Source of the DNA: a virus
Lineage: Duplodnaviria > Caudoviricetes
DNA: 64,000 nt
Strand: one strand, 5' to 3'
Virus record (IMG/VR): IMGVR_UViG_3300020577_014401
Location: 32,001 to 96,000 of that record
Both the position numbers and the translations under genes were made by a program. Below are positions 46,101 through 55,233 of the stretch, piece after piece (within the stretch, counting starts at the first letter, position 1; each line of letters starts with the position of its first letter). The notes beneath the pieces were generated by a model. It saw only the letters and a list, made by a program, of their open reading frames with translations, was not told the origin of the DNA and ran no database searches.

Positions 46101-46491
46101 CGCCGGCTCGCGGGACCGGTTGGCTGCGCAGGGGCGGGAATCCAAGAACTGGACCTGCCAAGGGTTGGTGGCCGACGCGATGAACGTCGGTCTCGGTAAC
46201 GCCTGGTACGACATGCGACGCCGCAAGATGCGTTCGCGGATCATTTTGTCCGTTCATGACTCGGCGGGGTTCGAATGCCCGCCGGATGAAGTCGAGACGG
46301 TGGTGGATGAGATCCTTCCTCGGGCGTTCAAGGATCTGCTTCCGATCACGCCGACTGATTTGAACGGACGGCCCAACGGCCGCCCCGACTGCCGCTTCGA
46401 CATCGATGTCGAAGTGTTCAGGTCGTGGGGGGTCGACATTGATGAGTCCGAGTGGCGGATTTCGAAGAAGGAGGTGGGGGCCAAATCGTAA
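43195..46491 (+). CDS. Family A DNA polymerase with N-terminal uracil-DNA-glycosylase-like domain and 3'-5' exonuclease
   Basis: UDG-like 'GRPFVGP', 'HPAA'; Exo 'FDCE', 'YDAD'; Pol 'TGRASSSRPNMQN', 'ADLKGAE', 'AKATRFGKYYG', 'VHDS'. Confidence 0.93.
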   Translation: MLNRSTVDLESATVRTRYFGGRSLAAIADEMPILPVDSPGLPIPGPSFVAFAEVLGDTANASPTGPKKPRSKKTAFVRPNGPYLHALTRSVLYQSGLSLPVYNSPIPYVFQPGIFATNDPMGDSYGPQPCRLMVVGKCLGPAEASAGRPFVGPRSQPLWDTWDEAGIPHPSKEHPVYLTNLIRFVPPFDLARLPKQWVEDGVHLLMQEIAICRPQVMLLLGADALKAVFGPKARVADFRGRVADFEIDCRPVADSPPDIHRCKVIAAEHPAAVAMEPDIYPNLLAAVKLVAKELGFAAPDQSIPLDHQAVYTIQELEAAVKQSIEASQAGGYVSFDCEWEGRHPTDPGSYVYTVQWSHQPGHARTVFIHRCGGLPNQALPLDKAVPLLKKLFEGAPARGARLVAHFGKADLPWLLSIGVDLYPHFVGPDDDPPGTPDWLSGPEKSYFQGGFDTYVAAHSIEESQELKLEVLTATYAGIPRYDTKILEWRDNYCKEHKLRKSQLKGYGNIPEELLISTRYTSYDADGAGRLYLKFNGDPRIDSRGMLDSDRFARSCRKIFGIRMRAWGAWCEMERYGMMVDRDAQRDLRTHLDRKRHELMDELRKATNWPDLDLNKNRHKVELLFGDDWIDWPRQRPQSALTLGLTPYKTTDSSYGGVLWAEAMSAYESEDNSLAIKPKPAADRETITHKAREHDLVKLMRDVLFINTAMKITFRLPDQVDTENDHPDVDGEGGEIAIPDGSESFEAGLLSFVCGDERIRSVFGLVETGRASSSRPNMQNFSSRRDEQFNRILGWGDYAKEGDSVAKSRKFVTRSVLTAQPGWFLVFADLKGAEIVAAAIFSGDANLLEHARRNNLPENHPDYLDLHSDLANKAFNLNLPFSEIKKKHKPLRVAAKATRFGKYYGASSDTILRQALEETPDVTLLQIENLMAGHDAQYPDLIKFFDTAEQRPATHGWASNGFGGTRRFRRAGSRDRLAAQGRESKNWTCQGLVADAMNVGLGNAWYDMRRRKMRSRIILSVHDSAGFECPPDEVETVVDEILPRAFKDLLPITPTDLNGRPNGRPDCRFDIDVEVFRSWGVDIDESEWRISKKEVGAKS

Positions 46492-46598
46492 ACGATTCGT
46501 TTCGACGCCCACGACAAACCAAACTCCTGAATCGACTTCACGCAAGAAACGAAATCCAACTTTTCCACCAACAATCACGAGAAAGAACAAGGATCCCG

Positions 46599-48017
46599 AT
46601 GAGTCTCTTTGGCAAGAAGAAGTTCGACCCGAACACCGATCTGGCCCCCAACTCCGATCGCGGGTTCGACCACCTGTCTTACGTCGTCCAGCCCGGACAG
46701 GCGATTCCTCGCGAGCCCAAGATGAAGGGCTCCGGGGGGACCGTCGTCGTGCTGCCGTACCCCCAGTTCGACGTCCCGGACTACAAGGAGAAGCTCCTTG
46801 TCCACCCGGATCGGCCTGAGCAATCCGAGACGGAGTTCGGCGATCAGCGCTGGATGTTCGTCTGCGATGGTGTGCGCAAGTTCGGCAAGAACTCGGTGAC
46901 GCTGCTCTTCGACAATCCGGATGATTCCGGATTCGATGTCCGCGAGCACCATCCGGTCGGGTTGATCGTGCAGGCCGCCTGGGCGGCTTTCAAGGGCGGC
47001 ATGGTGTCGACGCCGCTCGGCACCAGCGACTCGGACGGCTGGTACGAACTGCTCAAGGGCAACGACAAGAAGCAGAACTGCTACGCGTGTCTCCCCGGTC
47101 CGGATCGCTTGGCGATCATGAACGTCCTGCTGTACTCGCTGGGTGCCCAAACTTACCCGGTGGACTCCCCGCTCGGATCCGCCAAGAACGAGCCGCAGGT
47201 CCTCTGGGTGATGTCTCGTGCGACCGCTGGTGAGTTCCTCAAGGTGCTCCGCGACAAGGACGGCAATCCGTTGCCGATCTGCGGTTCCCGGGTGTTCCAC
47301 TTCTACGACAAGAAGAACCCGGCGAGCTGCCAGGCGCTCACCAACTCCACCGTCGCCGGACAAGGGTCGTTCGAGTTCGGCGATCGCCGACGTGCTTCTC
47401 CGCTCGGGCCGGGCGGGCAGAGTCAGCAGCAACTGGCCGGTTTCACGGTTCTGGCGACCGACTCGCTGAGCGGCTCGCCGGGTGACAACCTCAAGCCGGC
47501 GATGTTCCAGCAGTCGCTGGTCAAGTACGCGTGCGAGAAGCTGCTGCCCTGGGAACGCGTTCTTCGCGGGCATACGCCCGACCAGTGCGCCCAGATCATC
47601 GCCACCAAGTGCGGGCTTCCCGACTCTCTGCTGTACCACGCGTGGCAGGGCCACAAGAAGTGGTACTCGGAGCAGATCAAGTACAAGCTCAGCAACCCGG
47701 TGACGTTGAACATGGGTACGGGTCCGGCCCATCACCAGCCGATGCAGCAGACGGCGGCTGCCACGCACGCCGGGGCGCCGGCGCAGCCCACCGGCAACCT
47801 CGACATGTTCGCCGGGTTCGGCGGCGACGCGGCGACTCCGCCGCAGACGGCTCCCCGTTCCGGTGATTTCCCGATGGGGTCGGCCCCGTGGGACGGGCCG
47901 GTCGGTGACGCTGAGCCGCCCGATGCGGCGGAGTTGGACGGTGTCGATCGGGCGAAGGTCGAGCAGGCCTCGGACATGTTCCGGCAGGCGATGAACCGTC
48001 GGAAGCAAGGCGGCTGA
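46599..48017 (+). CDS. Putative ssDNA-binding protein
   Basis: Between Pol and RecA-like genes; own terminator; low-complexity acidic/Pro/Gln tail; function inferred from context only. Confidence 0.4.
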   Translation: MSLFGKKKFDPNTDLAPNSDRGFDHLSYVVQPGQAIPREPKMKGSGGTVVVLPYPQFDVPDYKEKLLVHPDRPEQSETEFGDQRWMFVCDGVRKFGKNSVTLLFDNPDDSGFDVREHHPVGLIVQAAWAAFKGGMVSTPLGTSDSDGWYELLKGNDKKQNCYACLPGPDRLAIMNVLLYSLGAQTYPVDSPLGSAKNEPQVLWVMSRATAGEFLKVLRDKDGNPLPICGSRVFHFYDKKNPASCQALTNSTVAGQGSFEFGDRRRASPLGPGGQSQQQLAGFTVLATDSLSGSPGDNLKPAMFQQSLVKYACEKLLPWERVLRGHTPDQCAQIIATKCGLPDSLLYHAWQGHKKWYSEQIKYKLSNPVTLNMGTGPAHHQPMQQTAAATHAGAPAQPTGNLDMFAGFGGDAATPPQTAPRSGDFPMGSAPWDGPVGDAEPPDAAELDGVDRAKVEQASDMFRQAMNRRKQGG

Positions 48018-48033
48018 TTCGACGGTTGTTCGT

Positions 48034-48063
48034 GGCGGGCGGCGATTTGCCGCCCGCCTTTTT
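48034..48063 (+). terminator. Rho-independent terminator
   Basis: GGCGGGCGGC-GATTT-GCCGCCCGCC-TTTTT. Confidence 0.85.
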
Positions 48064-48084
48064 CACACCTCCGGAGTTTGAACC

Positions 48085-49383
48085 GTGGCCAAGTCCAAGA
48101 AGAAGAAGGAAGAGATCGACAAGGACGCCGCTCGCATCCTCATGCAGGCCATGTGGGACGGCCAGATGAGCGGCATGAACCCGGCTGAGTCGGCCGCGGC
48201 GAACGTCGGCCTCCGCCTGCCGCACTTGTGTCTCCGATTCCTGTTCCAATCGACGATCCTGCCGTTCCAGAGGACGTTCCTCATCCTCGGTCCGACCGGG
48301 AGCAACAAGTCCTCGCTTCTGTACTACTTCTACTCCTTGTTTCTCGACAACGGCGGCCGGTACGCACACATGGAAGTCGAGGACAAGGACACCCCGCTCC
48401 TCCGGTTGTCGCTCACGAAGTTCAACCGCCAGTGCGGCCGTGTCATTCCGTGCGAATCGATGAACCACTTCCAGAGGGAAGTGAAGAAGTCGGTCGAGCT
48501 GGTCATGGAGATGTGCAACAAGTCGAAGCTGGGCAAGACCGTCCCGTTCGTCGTCGGCATCGACAGCTTGACCGCCAAGATGACCGAGGAGGCCTACGCG
48601 ACCGTCGACAAGAACTCCGGCGAGACGAAGCGGCGATTCGCCGGCGAAGCGCTCAGCTTGTCGGACTGGTTCAAGGTCGAGCCGAAATACCTGGTGGGTT
48701 GGCCCTTCAACCTCATCGGAATCCGTCACGAGAAGCCGGGCACTGACAAGTACGGCAATCCGATCCACCAAGGGCCCGGCGGCGCGGCTCCGAAGTTCAT
48801 GGCCACTTACGAGTTTCTGACCAGCCGGATCAAGAAACTGAAGCAGACCGCCCAGGGTTGGGAGGGGAACCGGATCGGCATCTCGACCACCAAGTCTTCG
48901 CTCGGGTCCGACCAGCGGAGAATCGAGGCCGAGATCGCATGGCGGCCGTCGGTCTGGACCAACTCCAAGGGCGAGGTGGTTCCGTCCCAGGAAACGGTCT
49001 GGAGCTGGGGCAAGGCCACGATCGATCTGCTCGATCGTCTGCAGAACGACACCGGGCCGTTCGCCACCGCGGTGGACGAACTCATCGGCCTGACCAAGCC
49101 GTCCGCCGGTCGGTACGGGTCCCACACCATGGGTATCCGGGGCGATCAGTGCTTGTCCGCTTCGGAGATGGCGGCTGTGATCGAAGGCAACGCCGATCTG
49201 CTCAAGGAACTGGAGCCCAGGCTCGGGATCGGCCGCGGTGTCGTTTTCGACCCGAGCGGGTGTTTCGACACTCAGATCCGCGAGGCGATCGAGTCGGTCA
49301 ATGACCTGGTGCCTCAGCCTTACGCCGGTGACACTCCCCCGGAGATGCAACCTCAAGAAGACACGAACGAAGAAAGCGAGTGA
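48085..49383 (+). CDS. RecA/UvsX-like recombinase
   Basis: 'GPTGSNKSS', 'GIDSLTA', 'PGGAAPKFMAT'. Confidence 0.75.
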   Translation: MAKSKKKKEEIDKDAARILMQAMWDGQMSGMNPAESAAANVGLRLPHLCLRFLFQSTILPFQRTFLILGPTGSNKSSLLYYFYSLFLDNGGRYAHMEVEDKDTPLLRLSLTKFNRQCGRVIPCESMNHFQREVKKSVELVMEMCNKSKLGKTVPFVVGIDSLTAKMTEEAYATVDKNSGETKRRFAGEALSLSDWFKVEPKYLVGWPFNLIGIRHEKPGTDKYGNPIHQGPGGAAPKFMATYEFLTSRIKKLKQTAQGWEGNRIGISTTKSSLGSDQRRIEAEIAWRPSVWTNSKGEVVPSQETVWSWGKATIDLLDRLQNDTGPFATAVDELIGLTKPSAGRYGSHTMGIRGDQCLSASEMAAVIEGNADLLKELEPRLGIGRGVVFDPSGCFDTQIREAIESVNDLVPQPYAGDTPPEMQPQEDTNEESE

Positions 49384-49386
49384 CAG

Positions 49387-49866
49387 ATGTCGAAAGGCAA
49401 GACTGTCGAGGAGATCGAAGACGCCGCCGTTCGCACGGTTCTCCGGATGACGAAGATCGGGGCGGCGGCGGTTCTTCGGCGCGCCGGACTGCTGCCGTCC
49501 GGTCGGGCCACGTTTTCCATGCTCCGGGAGTTTCACGATTTTCCGGCTTCGGTGATCGCGACGAATGTCTCGGTCGAGCCGTTGCAGAAGTTGCTGACGA
49601 ATCCGGAAAACTGCAAGATCGTCAAAGCCATGGACATGGCCAAGGTCGAGAACCCGGGTGGGAAATGGGTGCTGGTGGCCCACGGTCTGGACTGCGGCTA
49701 CGTGATCCTGACCGCGAACCGAGGCGAGCCGCCGCACTATCCCCACCTGTCGTGGCCGCATCGACCGCTTTACATGGCGTCGTTGAAGGAATGGATCAAG
49801 TCGCTCAACTGGGCGCCGGCTTCCGGCTGGTCGGGCGATGACGATTCTCGTATCGGTGACGAGTGA
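49387..49866 (+). CDS. Hypothetical protein
   Basis: Protein-like ORF in operon. Confidence 0.6.
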   Translation: MSKGKTVEEIEDAAVRTVLRMTKIGAAAVLRRAGLLPSGRATFSMLREFHDFPASVIATNVSVEPLQKLLTNPENCKIVKAMDMAKVENPGGKWVLVAHGLDCGYVILTANRGEPPHYPHLSWPHRPLYMASLKEWIKSLNWAPASGWSGDDDSRIGDE

Positions 49867-49899
49867 CGGGTTTCATATCCACCACCAAGGCGAGGCACC

Positions 49900-50727
49900 A
49901 TGGTTGCGGCTCCCGCAGCTCCCAAGAAGGGCAAGAAAGGCAAGAACGCGAAGAAGGCGGTTCTCCAGAAGAAGTTGCGCAACGCCCTCGGCGAAATGCC
50001 CGAGGCCCTGCGCAGTGAGATCACGGATGTTCTCGACGATGTCGCCGAACTCGATTCGTCGGATATCCAGAAGCGGTACGACATCGGTGTTAGGCTCAAC
50101 AGCCTGATCAACGACGACTCCGGCAAGTACGGCGTCGACGCGAAGCGAGCGATCACCAACGTGCTGCGGCTGTCCAAGGACAGTATCGCCGGCATGGCGA
50201 AGGTCGCTTCCAGTTTCGAGCAATCGGACCTCGACGGTCTGACGGCGATGAGCAACCCGGTGACCAACGAGCGGCTTCGCTGGCACCACATCGTGTTTCT
50301 GGCTCGCGTTCCGGACAAGTCGAAGGCTTTCACGTTCGCTCAACGGGCGATCGACGAGGGTTGGACGACCAAGGATCTCGGGCGGGCGATCATCCGCAGC
50401 AGCGGCGGGGCCAAGTCGGCCGGCGGTCGCAAGCCGAAGCGGCACGAGACCCTGGAGCACAACCTGTCGGAGATGATCCAGAAGTGCCGGGCGCTGTCCA
50501 ATTCCATCGAACTGGTGTGGGCCGGCCCCGACGGTGTTTCCAGCCAGTTCGACAAGGAGATCGTGTCGGTCGACGGCACCCCGCCCGTTTCGATGCTTCG
50601 CCAGCTTTCCGAAGCCGTCGACGAGGGTACCCGGCTCGGCATGCAGACGGCGGCTCTGAACCAGGTCCTGATCGGCCTCAAGACGAGGGCTGAGGCGATC
50701 CGGTCGAGCAAGCAGGTGAAGGCCTGA
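49900..50727 (+). CDS. Putative DNA-binding protein (Lys-rich N-terminus; DUF1016-N-like helices)
   Basis: 'PKKGKKGKNAKK'; 'LRWHHIVFL', 'AIDEGWTTKDL'. Confidence 0.55.
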   Translation: MVAAPAAPKKGKKGKNAKKAVLQKKLRNALGEMPEALRSEITDVLDDVAELDSSDIQKRYDIGVRLNSLINDDSGKYGVDAKRAITNVLRLSKDSIAGMAKVASSFEQSDLDGLTAMSNPVTNERLRWHHIVFLARVPDKSKAFTFAQRAIDEGWTTKDLGRAIIRSSGGAKSAGGRKPKRHETLEHNLSEMIQKCRALSNSIELVWAGPDGVSSQFDKEIVSVDGTPPVSMLRQLSEAVDEGTRLGMQTAALNQVLIGLKTRAEAIRSSKQVKA

Positions 50728-50729
50728 TA

Positions 50730-51599
50730 ATGGCCGGGCACCCGCTTGCGATCGATGTCAAGCGCCGCGACAAGATCCTCGCGGCGCTTCGTCCGTTCGG
50801 CCGAATTCCACTCGACGGGTTGTCGGTCGGCCGGGCGGTCGAGGATCTTCTCAAGGTCCTCCCGAAAGGTGTTCCTTACTCCGCTGTGTTTCGTTCGATC
50901 AATTCCCTGATCGGGTCCGTCGCCGATCCGCAAGTGCTCAAAGACGTAGCCTGGTCGATGGCGGTCAACGTCAAGCAACTGAAGAAGAACGAAGTGGTCT
51001 GGCCGCCGGCGATACCGACTCACCCGACCACGGTTTCCCTCCAAGTTCTGGCGGCCAAGCGGTTGCCGATGCGGGTGAAGGCTCAAGGACAGGGGTTCCC
51101 GATCAAGTATCGAATGAAGATCGTTTCGGGACCCGGTTCCCCTCTGACCGTCGACACCAGGTTTTCCAGCCGCTTTGTCAGTTATCTCGCCTGCCGTCCG
51201 CAGGGGTTCGGGTTCTCCAGGCCGCCTCGGGGCAACCGACCTGCCACCGGCCGGCCGTACCAGCACTATTCCACTTTGGTCGGGATGCTTCTCAAGGCGG
51301 ACATTTCGGTCGATTCTGAAGGCAAGACCAAGATCGAGAACTTCCGCTGCACGCCGTCCTTCATCGAGTACAATCGCGCCTTGATCGAGATGCGGTGGAG
51401 GTCGACGTTCGACTGCCCGTTCGGGTTCGCTCACCCGTGCCACCAATGCTCGAAAGGGCAGGAGTCCTGCAAGGTCGCGACACATCCCAAGGACCACAAA
51501 ATCAAGATGTGCCCGCAGTGCATGGAGAACGAGGAATTCGACGCGTACTGGGTCGAGCCGGTGTGCATGAAGTGCAGTCTGAAACCGAGAAAGGAATGA
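50730..51599 (+). CDS. Hypothetical protein with C-terminal Cys/His Zn-binding motifs
   Basis: CPFG..HPCHQC...C...CPQC...CMKC. Confidence 0.7.
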   Translation: MAGHPLAIDVKRRDKILAALRPFGRIPLDGLSVGRAVEDLLKVLPKGVPYSAVFRSINSLIGSVADPQVLKDVAWSMAVNVKQLKKNEVVWPPAIPTHPTTVSLQVLAAKRLPMRVKAQGQGFPIKYRMKIVSGPGSPLTVDTRFSSRFVSYLACRPQGFGFSRPPRGNRPATGRPYQHYSTLVGMLLKADISVDSEGKTKIENFRCTPSFIEYNRALIEMRWRSTFDCPFGFAHPCHQCSKGQESCKVATHPKDHKIKMCPQCMENEEFDAYWVEPVCMKCSLKPRKE

Positions 51600-52003
51600 T
51601 GATGGCCAATTTGCCCGGTCAGAAACGGGGCGAGCTCTCGAAGGACGAGATGCGGTCGATGGTCGTCCACCGCGGTTGGGTCGACGGTCGGGAAGGATTT
51701 GTCTTCTGCCGGCTGGACGCTGTGATTTGCGCGGACAGGCTCCTGAGGGCCGAGTTGACCTGGAACGACGATGGTGAGTCGAAAGAAGACAATATGCCGA
51801 CCAGCTATTTCGATCCGATGCTGACGATTGAAAGCAATCGTCTCGACCGAAACGACTGGTCCCGGTGGGTCACGCACGACGCGATCCATATCGACATTTC
51901 CGGCGATCTCGCTGCTGAACTGGCCTCCAAACCCCCGACCGACGTGCTCGGCCAGTTCGCCGCGGAAGTCGCCGGTCTCAGACTCTGGAAAGGGAGCCGA
52001 TGA
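51596..52003 (+). CDS. Hypothetical protein
   Basis: AAAGGA SD; ATGA coupling at both ends. Confidence 0.6.
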   Translation: MMMANLPGQKRGELSKDEMRSMVVHRGWVDGREGFVFCRLDAVICADRLLRAELTWNDDGESKEDNMPTSYFDPMLTIESNRLDRNDWSRWVTHDAIHIDISGDLAAELASKPPTDVLGQFAAEVAGLRLWKGSR

Positions 52004-52548
52004 AGCTCGTCCTCCGTTCCCCCGCTCTCAACCCCTTGGACAGGTCTGTCTTGTTTTTCGACATCGATGGTGTTTTCAACTCTCACGAGCGCCACGGCAA
52101 CGGCTACTGCGGGACCCGGAAGGACTGCGTGACCAGGCTGAACCGCCTGATCGCCAGGACCGACTGCCTGCTGGTGGCGTCGTCGGCCTGGCGGTACCTC
52201 GTTCTGAGCGGGTCGATGACCGTGGTCGGATTCGAGAACATGCTGCTGACCCACGGTCTCGATTGCCGTAATCGCATCTACGGCGTGACCCGCCCCGATG
52301 CGACTCCGGAGATCACCGATCGAGGCGCCCAGATCAATGAATTCCTCGCATCGGCGGCCGGCGCCGGCATCCGGGCGGCCGCCGCGGTCGACGACCGCGA
52401 GTTCGACATCCCCCAGTTCCCGATCGCATTCGTCCGGACCGACCCGTGGAAGGGGCTGGACGATGCAGCGGTCGACAAGCTTGTCCTCTTGCTCGGCGAA
52501 AGGCCGGTCAAGGCTGACGACAAGCCGCATGATTGGAGACCAAGATGA
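52000..52548 (+). CDS. HAD-superfamily protein (Swiss-Army-knife RNA-repair-like HAD)
   Basis: 'FFDIDGVFN', 'SSAWR', 'RGAQI', 'VDD', 'GL'. Confidence 0.85.
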   Translation: MKLVLRSPALNPLDRSVLFFDIDGVFNSHERHGNGYCGTRKDCVTRLNRLIARTDCLLVASSAWRYLVLSGSMTVVGFENMLLTHGLDCRNRIYGVTRPDATPEITDRGAQINEFLASAAGAGIRAAAAVDDREFDIPQFPIAFVRTDPWKGLDDAAVDKLVLLLGERPVKADDKPHDWRPR

Positions 52549-53051
52549 GTGTGATCGACCTCATTCCGCGCATGACGTGCTACGGCACTTGCGCGAGATG
52601 GAACGTCAACGGGCATGTGTTCTACCAGTTCGCCCCGGCCATGACGGATCCGTATCGGGATGTCGCTCCGTTTCTCAAGAAGGTGGTCGGACTCGCGCAG
52701 GACGGACAGAAGATGTTCAAGGGGTCGTTGACCCCGCCCGGTTACGCGACCACCGAACCGCTCCACGTCCGCCTGAATTCCGTCCCGGACTGGGCGGTCA
52801 ACGATGTCGTGATCGACACCATGTTCCGGTATTGGCCGGAGATGGCTGTCCGCCCGCCGCCCCGGAACGCCAAGATCGGTTTCGACTGGAAGGTCTGGTG
52901 GGACGTCAGTTCATGTGAAGCGGCGTTCATCCGGTACGATCCGAACGGGAAGCCGGTTCCCATCCACACCATCGAACGGAAGCCGCTGGATGAGATGATC
53001 GAGGAGCTGGGTGCCACGTATCATCTTGGGGAGCTGGTCGAATGGCTGTGA
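52545..53051 (+). CDS. Hypothetical protein
   Basis: GGAG SD; ATGA coupling. Confidence 0.65.
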   Translation: MSVIDLIPRMTCYGTCARWNVNGHVFYQFAPAMTDPYRDVAPFLKKVVGLAQDGQKMFKGSLTPPGYATTEPLHVRLNSVPDWAVNDVVIDTMFRYWPEMAVRPPPRNAKIGFDWKVWWDVSSCEAAFIRYDPNGKPVPIHTIERKPLDEMIEELGATYHLGELVEWL

Positions 53052-53905
53052 AATCGACCAAGAAGTCCCGGCCGATCACGACGCTGACTCCTTGGTACGG
53101 CGGTAACCGGACCCTCGCTGAGAACGTCGGGGAGGCCCTTTCGGGGCGGAAGTGGGTGGCGGTCCCGTTCGCCGGCGGGATGTGCGAGTTGAGGTACATC
53201 AGGGCGTCGACCATCTTGGTGAACGACATGCACCGCCATGTCGTCAATCTCGCCGAGGTCGTTGCCGATCCGAAACTCGGGTCGAAGCTGATCCGTAGGC
53301 TCCGAAGGACGATCATCCACCCGGATGTCTTGGCCCAGTCGCAGAAGTATTGCGATGCCATCGACGGGGGCGGGCTCCACAATGTCGCCTCGGAGAACTG
53401 GGCGGAGGAATGGGCCTACCGGTACTTCATCTCGGCTTGGATGGGGAGAAACGGCAAAGCCGGCACGAAGGGGGAGTTCAAGGCCGGCATGTCCGTTCGT
53501 TACGACGCCGGCGGCGGCGACTCGGCCATTCGTTTCCGCTCGGCCACGGAGGCTCTGCTGGAGTGGAATCGGATTTTGCGCCGATGCACGTTTTCGACGC
53601 TGGACGCGTTCACGATGTTCGGAAAGTTCAAGGACGACCCCCAGTGCGGTGTCTACGTCGACCCGCCCTTCCCCGGGCCGGGCGATCACTATGCCCATAC
53701 GTTCGGGGAAGCCGGCCAGCGAAAGTTGGCGGCTGAGTTGTCCAGGTTTGAGAAGACGCGGGTCGTGTGCCGGTTCTACGACCACGAGTTGATCCGCGAG
53801 CTGTACCCTGCACGGCTGTGGCAGTGGAATTTCCAGACTGGCAGGAAGCAGACGCACGAGATGACGAACGAGGAAGTTCTGCTCATCAACCTGTCGTCGC
53901 TGTGA
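53042..53905 (+). CDS. Dam-like (D12 class) N6-adenine DNA methyltransferase
   Basis: 'PWYGGN', 'PFAGG', 'VND', 'YVDPPF', 'EVLLIN'. Confidence 0.85.
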   Translation: MAVKSTKKSRPITTLTPWYGGNRTLAENVGEALSGRKWVAVPFAGGMCELRYIRASTILVNDMHRHVVNLAEVVADPKLGSKLIRRLRRTIIHPDVLAQSQKYCDAIDGGGLHNVASENWAEEWAYRYFISAWMGRNGKAGTKGEFKAGMSVRYDAGGGDSAIRFRSATEALLEWNRILRRCTFSTLDAFTMFGKFKDDPQCGVYVDPPFPGPGDHYAHTFGEAGQRKLAAELSRFEKTRVVCRFYDHELIRELYPARLWQWNFQTGRKQTHEMTNEEVLLINLSSL

Positions 53906-53947
53906 TATCCGGATATGATGTGCTCAAGGCACACCGAGGTATCGACC

Positions 53948-54469
53948 ATGTTCCAGGCTCTGCAGGGCAACAGGGTTTTCTCGCCGAACCGCGACATCGT
54001 CCAGTTGTTTCCGTTCGTCATCGGTCGGCAGGCCGTTCTCCGGATCGCGGCCCTCCAACTCCCGCCGGCGCTCAAGAAGTACGCCGAGTTCACCAATCTC
54101 CAGAAGGAGGATCTGATCCAGATCGAGAAGGTGTTCGCCGAGTTCGTCAATCTCAGCGTCCACTACGGTGCGGACAACTGGGGGGCGATCTGGGAGATGT
54201 CCGGGATGGCCAAGCTTCCCCAGGCTTCGATTCTTCTGCTGACGGCGGCCATTGGCGAAGCGACGATGGGGGTCTTCTACAGGTCGGTCCGTGCCGCGAT
54301 TCGCGCCGGGTCGTCGCTCCCCGGCGCCCAGCAGCTCGGCGCCCTGGCCGACGTTGCCGCGTCGGTCATTGAAGAGGACCTCCCTTCCAGCAAGTCCAAG
54401 AGGCTCCTCGAGGCCGAGGGCATGGCCCTCCCCGAGATTCTCGACAACAATCCCACGCGGCCCGGCTGA
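53948..54469 (+). CDS. Hypothetical protein
   Basis: GAGGT SD before ATG 53948; preceded by motif variant GATATCCGGATAT at 53904. Confidence 0.65.
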   Translation: MFQALQGNRVFSPNRDIVQLFPFVIGRQAVLRIAALQLPPALKKYAEFTNLQKEDLIQIEKVFAEFVNLSVHYGADNWGAIWEMSGMAKLPQASILLLTAAIGEATMGVFYRSVRAAIRAGSSLPGAQQLGALADVAASVIEEDLPSSKSKRLLEAEGMALPEILDNNPTRPG

Positions 54470-54495
54470 CCGGGTCGACACCATGAGGAGGCATC

Positions 54496-55233
54496 TTGTC
54501 CGTTCACGTTCCGCCTTACGACTGTGTTCCATTCGACCGGGATGTGATTCGAAGGTTCCAATCCGACTTCGGCAACTTCCCGGACGACTACTTCGCGGTC
54601 GATCTTGAGACGACCGGTCTCGATCGCCGTTGCGATTCGATTGTCCAGATCGGCATTCTGCCGGTGAAGAACCGCAAGCCGACCGTTTCCAAGTCGTATG
54701 TCGTCGACATCACGCTGGGGCTTTCCGAATACGAGTTGGGCCTCCTCCGGGACAAGCTCAACAAAGTTCGGGCTAGCATGGCCGACCGCGGCAAGCATTA
54801 CCAGTGGACGATCGAGCTGCTCCAGAGGTACGGGAAGCCGGCCAAGGAAGTAGCCGAATCCGTCCGTCGCGAGCTCGGTGACTCGCCGTACTGCGTGGCC
54901 CACTATGGCTGGCAGTTCGACTTCCCGTGGCTGTTCCAGTTTCTCGCCGACAACGGCTACAGCTTCGACGCCGATGTCGGGGATCTTTACGACACCTGCC
55001 TGATGACCAAGGCCGGTATCGATGGGGTGCATCCCAGATACCCCGAGCGGATTCAGGACTATTACGCGAAGCTCAACAACCATCGCACCAAAGTCGGGTG
55101 CAAGCTCGAAGACTGCATCGAGCGGTTCGGGTTGAACTCCGCCGGCGTTTCCACCGGGTCGACCCATGTCGCCGACTACGACGCGTGGTGCGCCCATCTG
55201 ATCTTCGAAAAGCACCGGGAGGCCGCCGGATGA
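54496..55233 (+). CDS. DEDDh 3'-5' exonuclease (DnaQ-like)
   Basis: 'AVDLETTGLD', 'AHYGWQFD', 'YDT', 'HVADYDA'. Confidence 0.9.
   Translation: MSVHVPPYDCVPFDRDVIRRFQSDFGNFPDDYFAVDLETTGLDRRCDSIVQIGILPVKNRKPTVSKSYVVDITLGLSEYELGLLRDKLNKVRASMADRGKHYQWTIELLQRYGKPAKEVAESVRRELGDSPYCVAHYGWQFDFPWLFQFLADNGYSFDADVGDLYDTCLMTKAGIDGVHPRYPERIQDYYAKLNNHRTKVGCKLEDCIERFGLNSAGVSTGSTHVADYDAWCAHLIFEKHREAAG

Noticed and set aside
41959-46590. 1543-aa reverse-strand ORF
   Set aside because: Mirror frame of primase and PolA, caused by codon bias
52000-52548. GmhB heptose bisphosphate phosphatase completing the ADP-heptose pathway
   Set aside because: Motifs (DIDGV, SSAWR, RGxxI, VDD) fit the Swiss-Army-knife HAD type; GmhB's DRDG, TNQSG and CxH/CxCRKP motifs are absent
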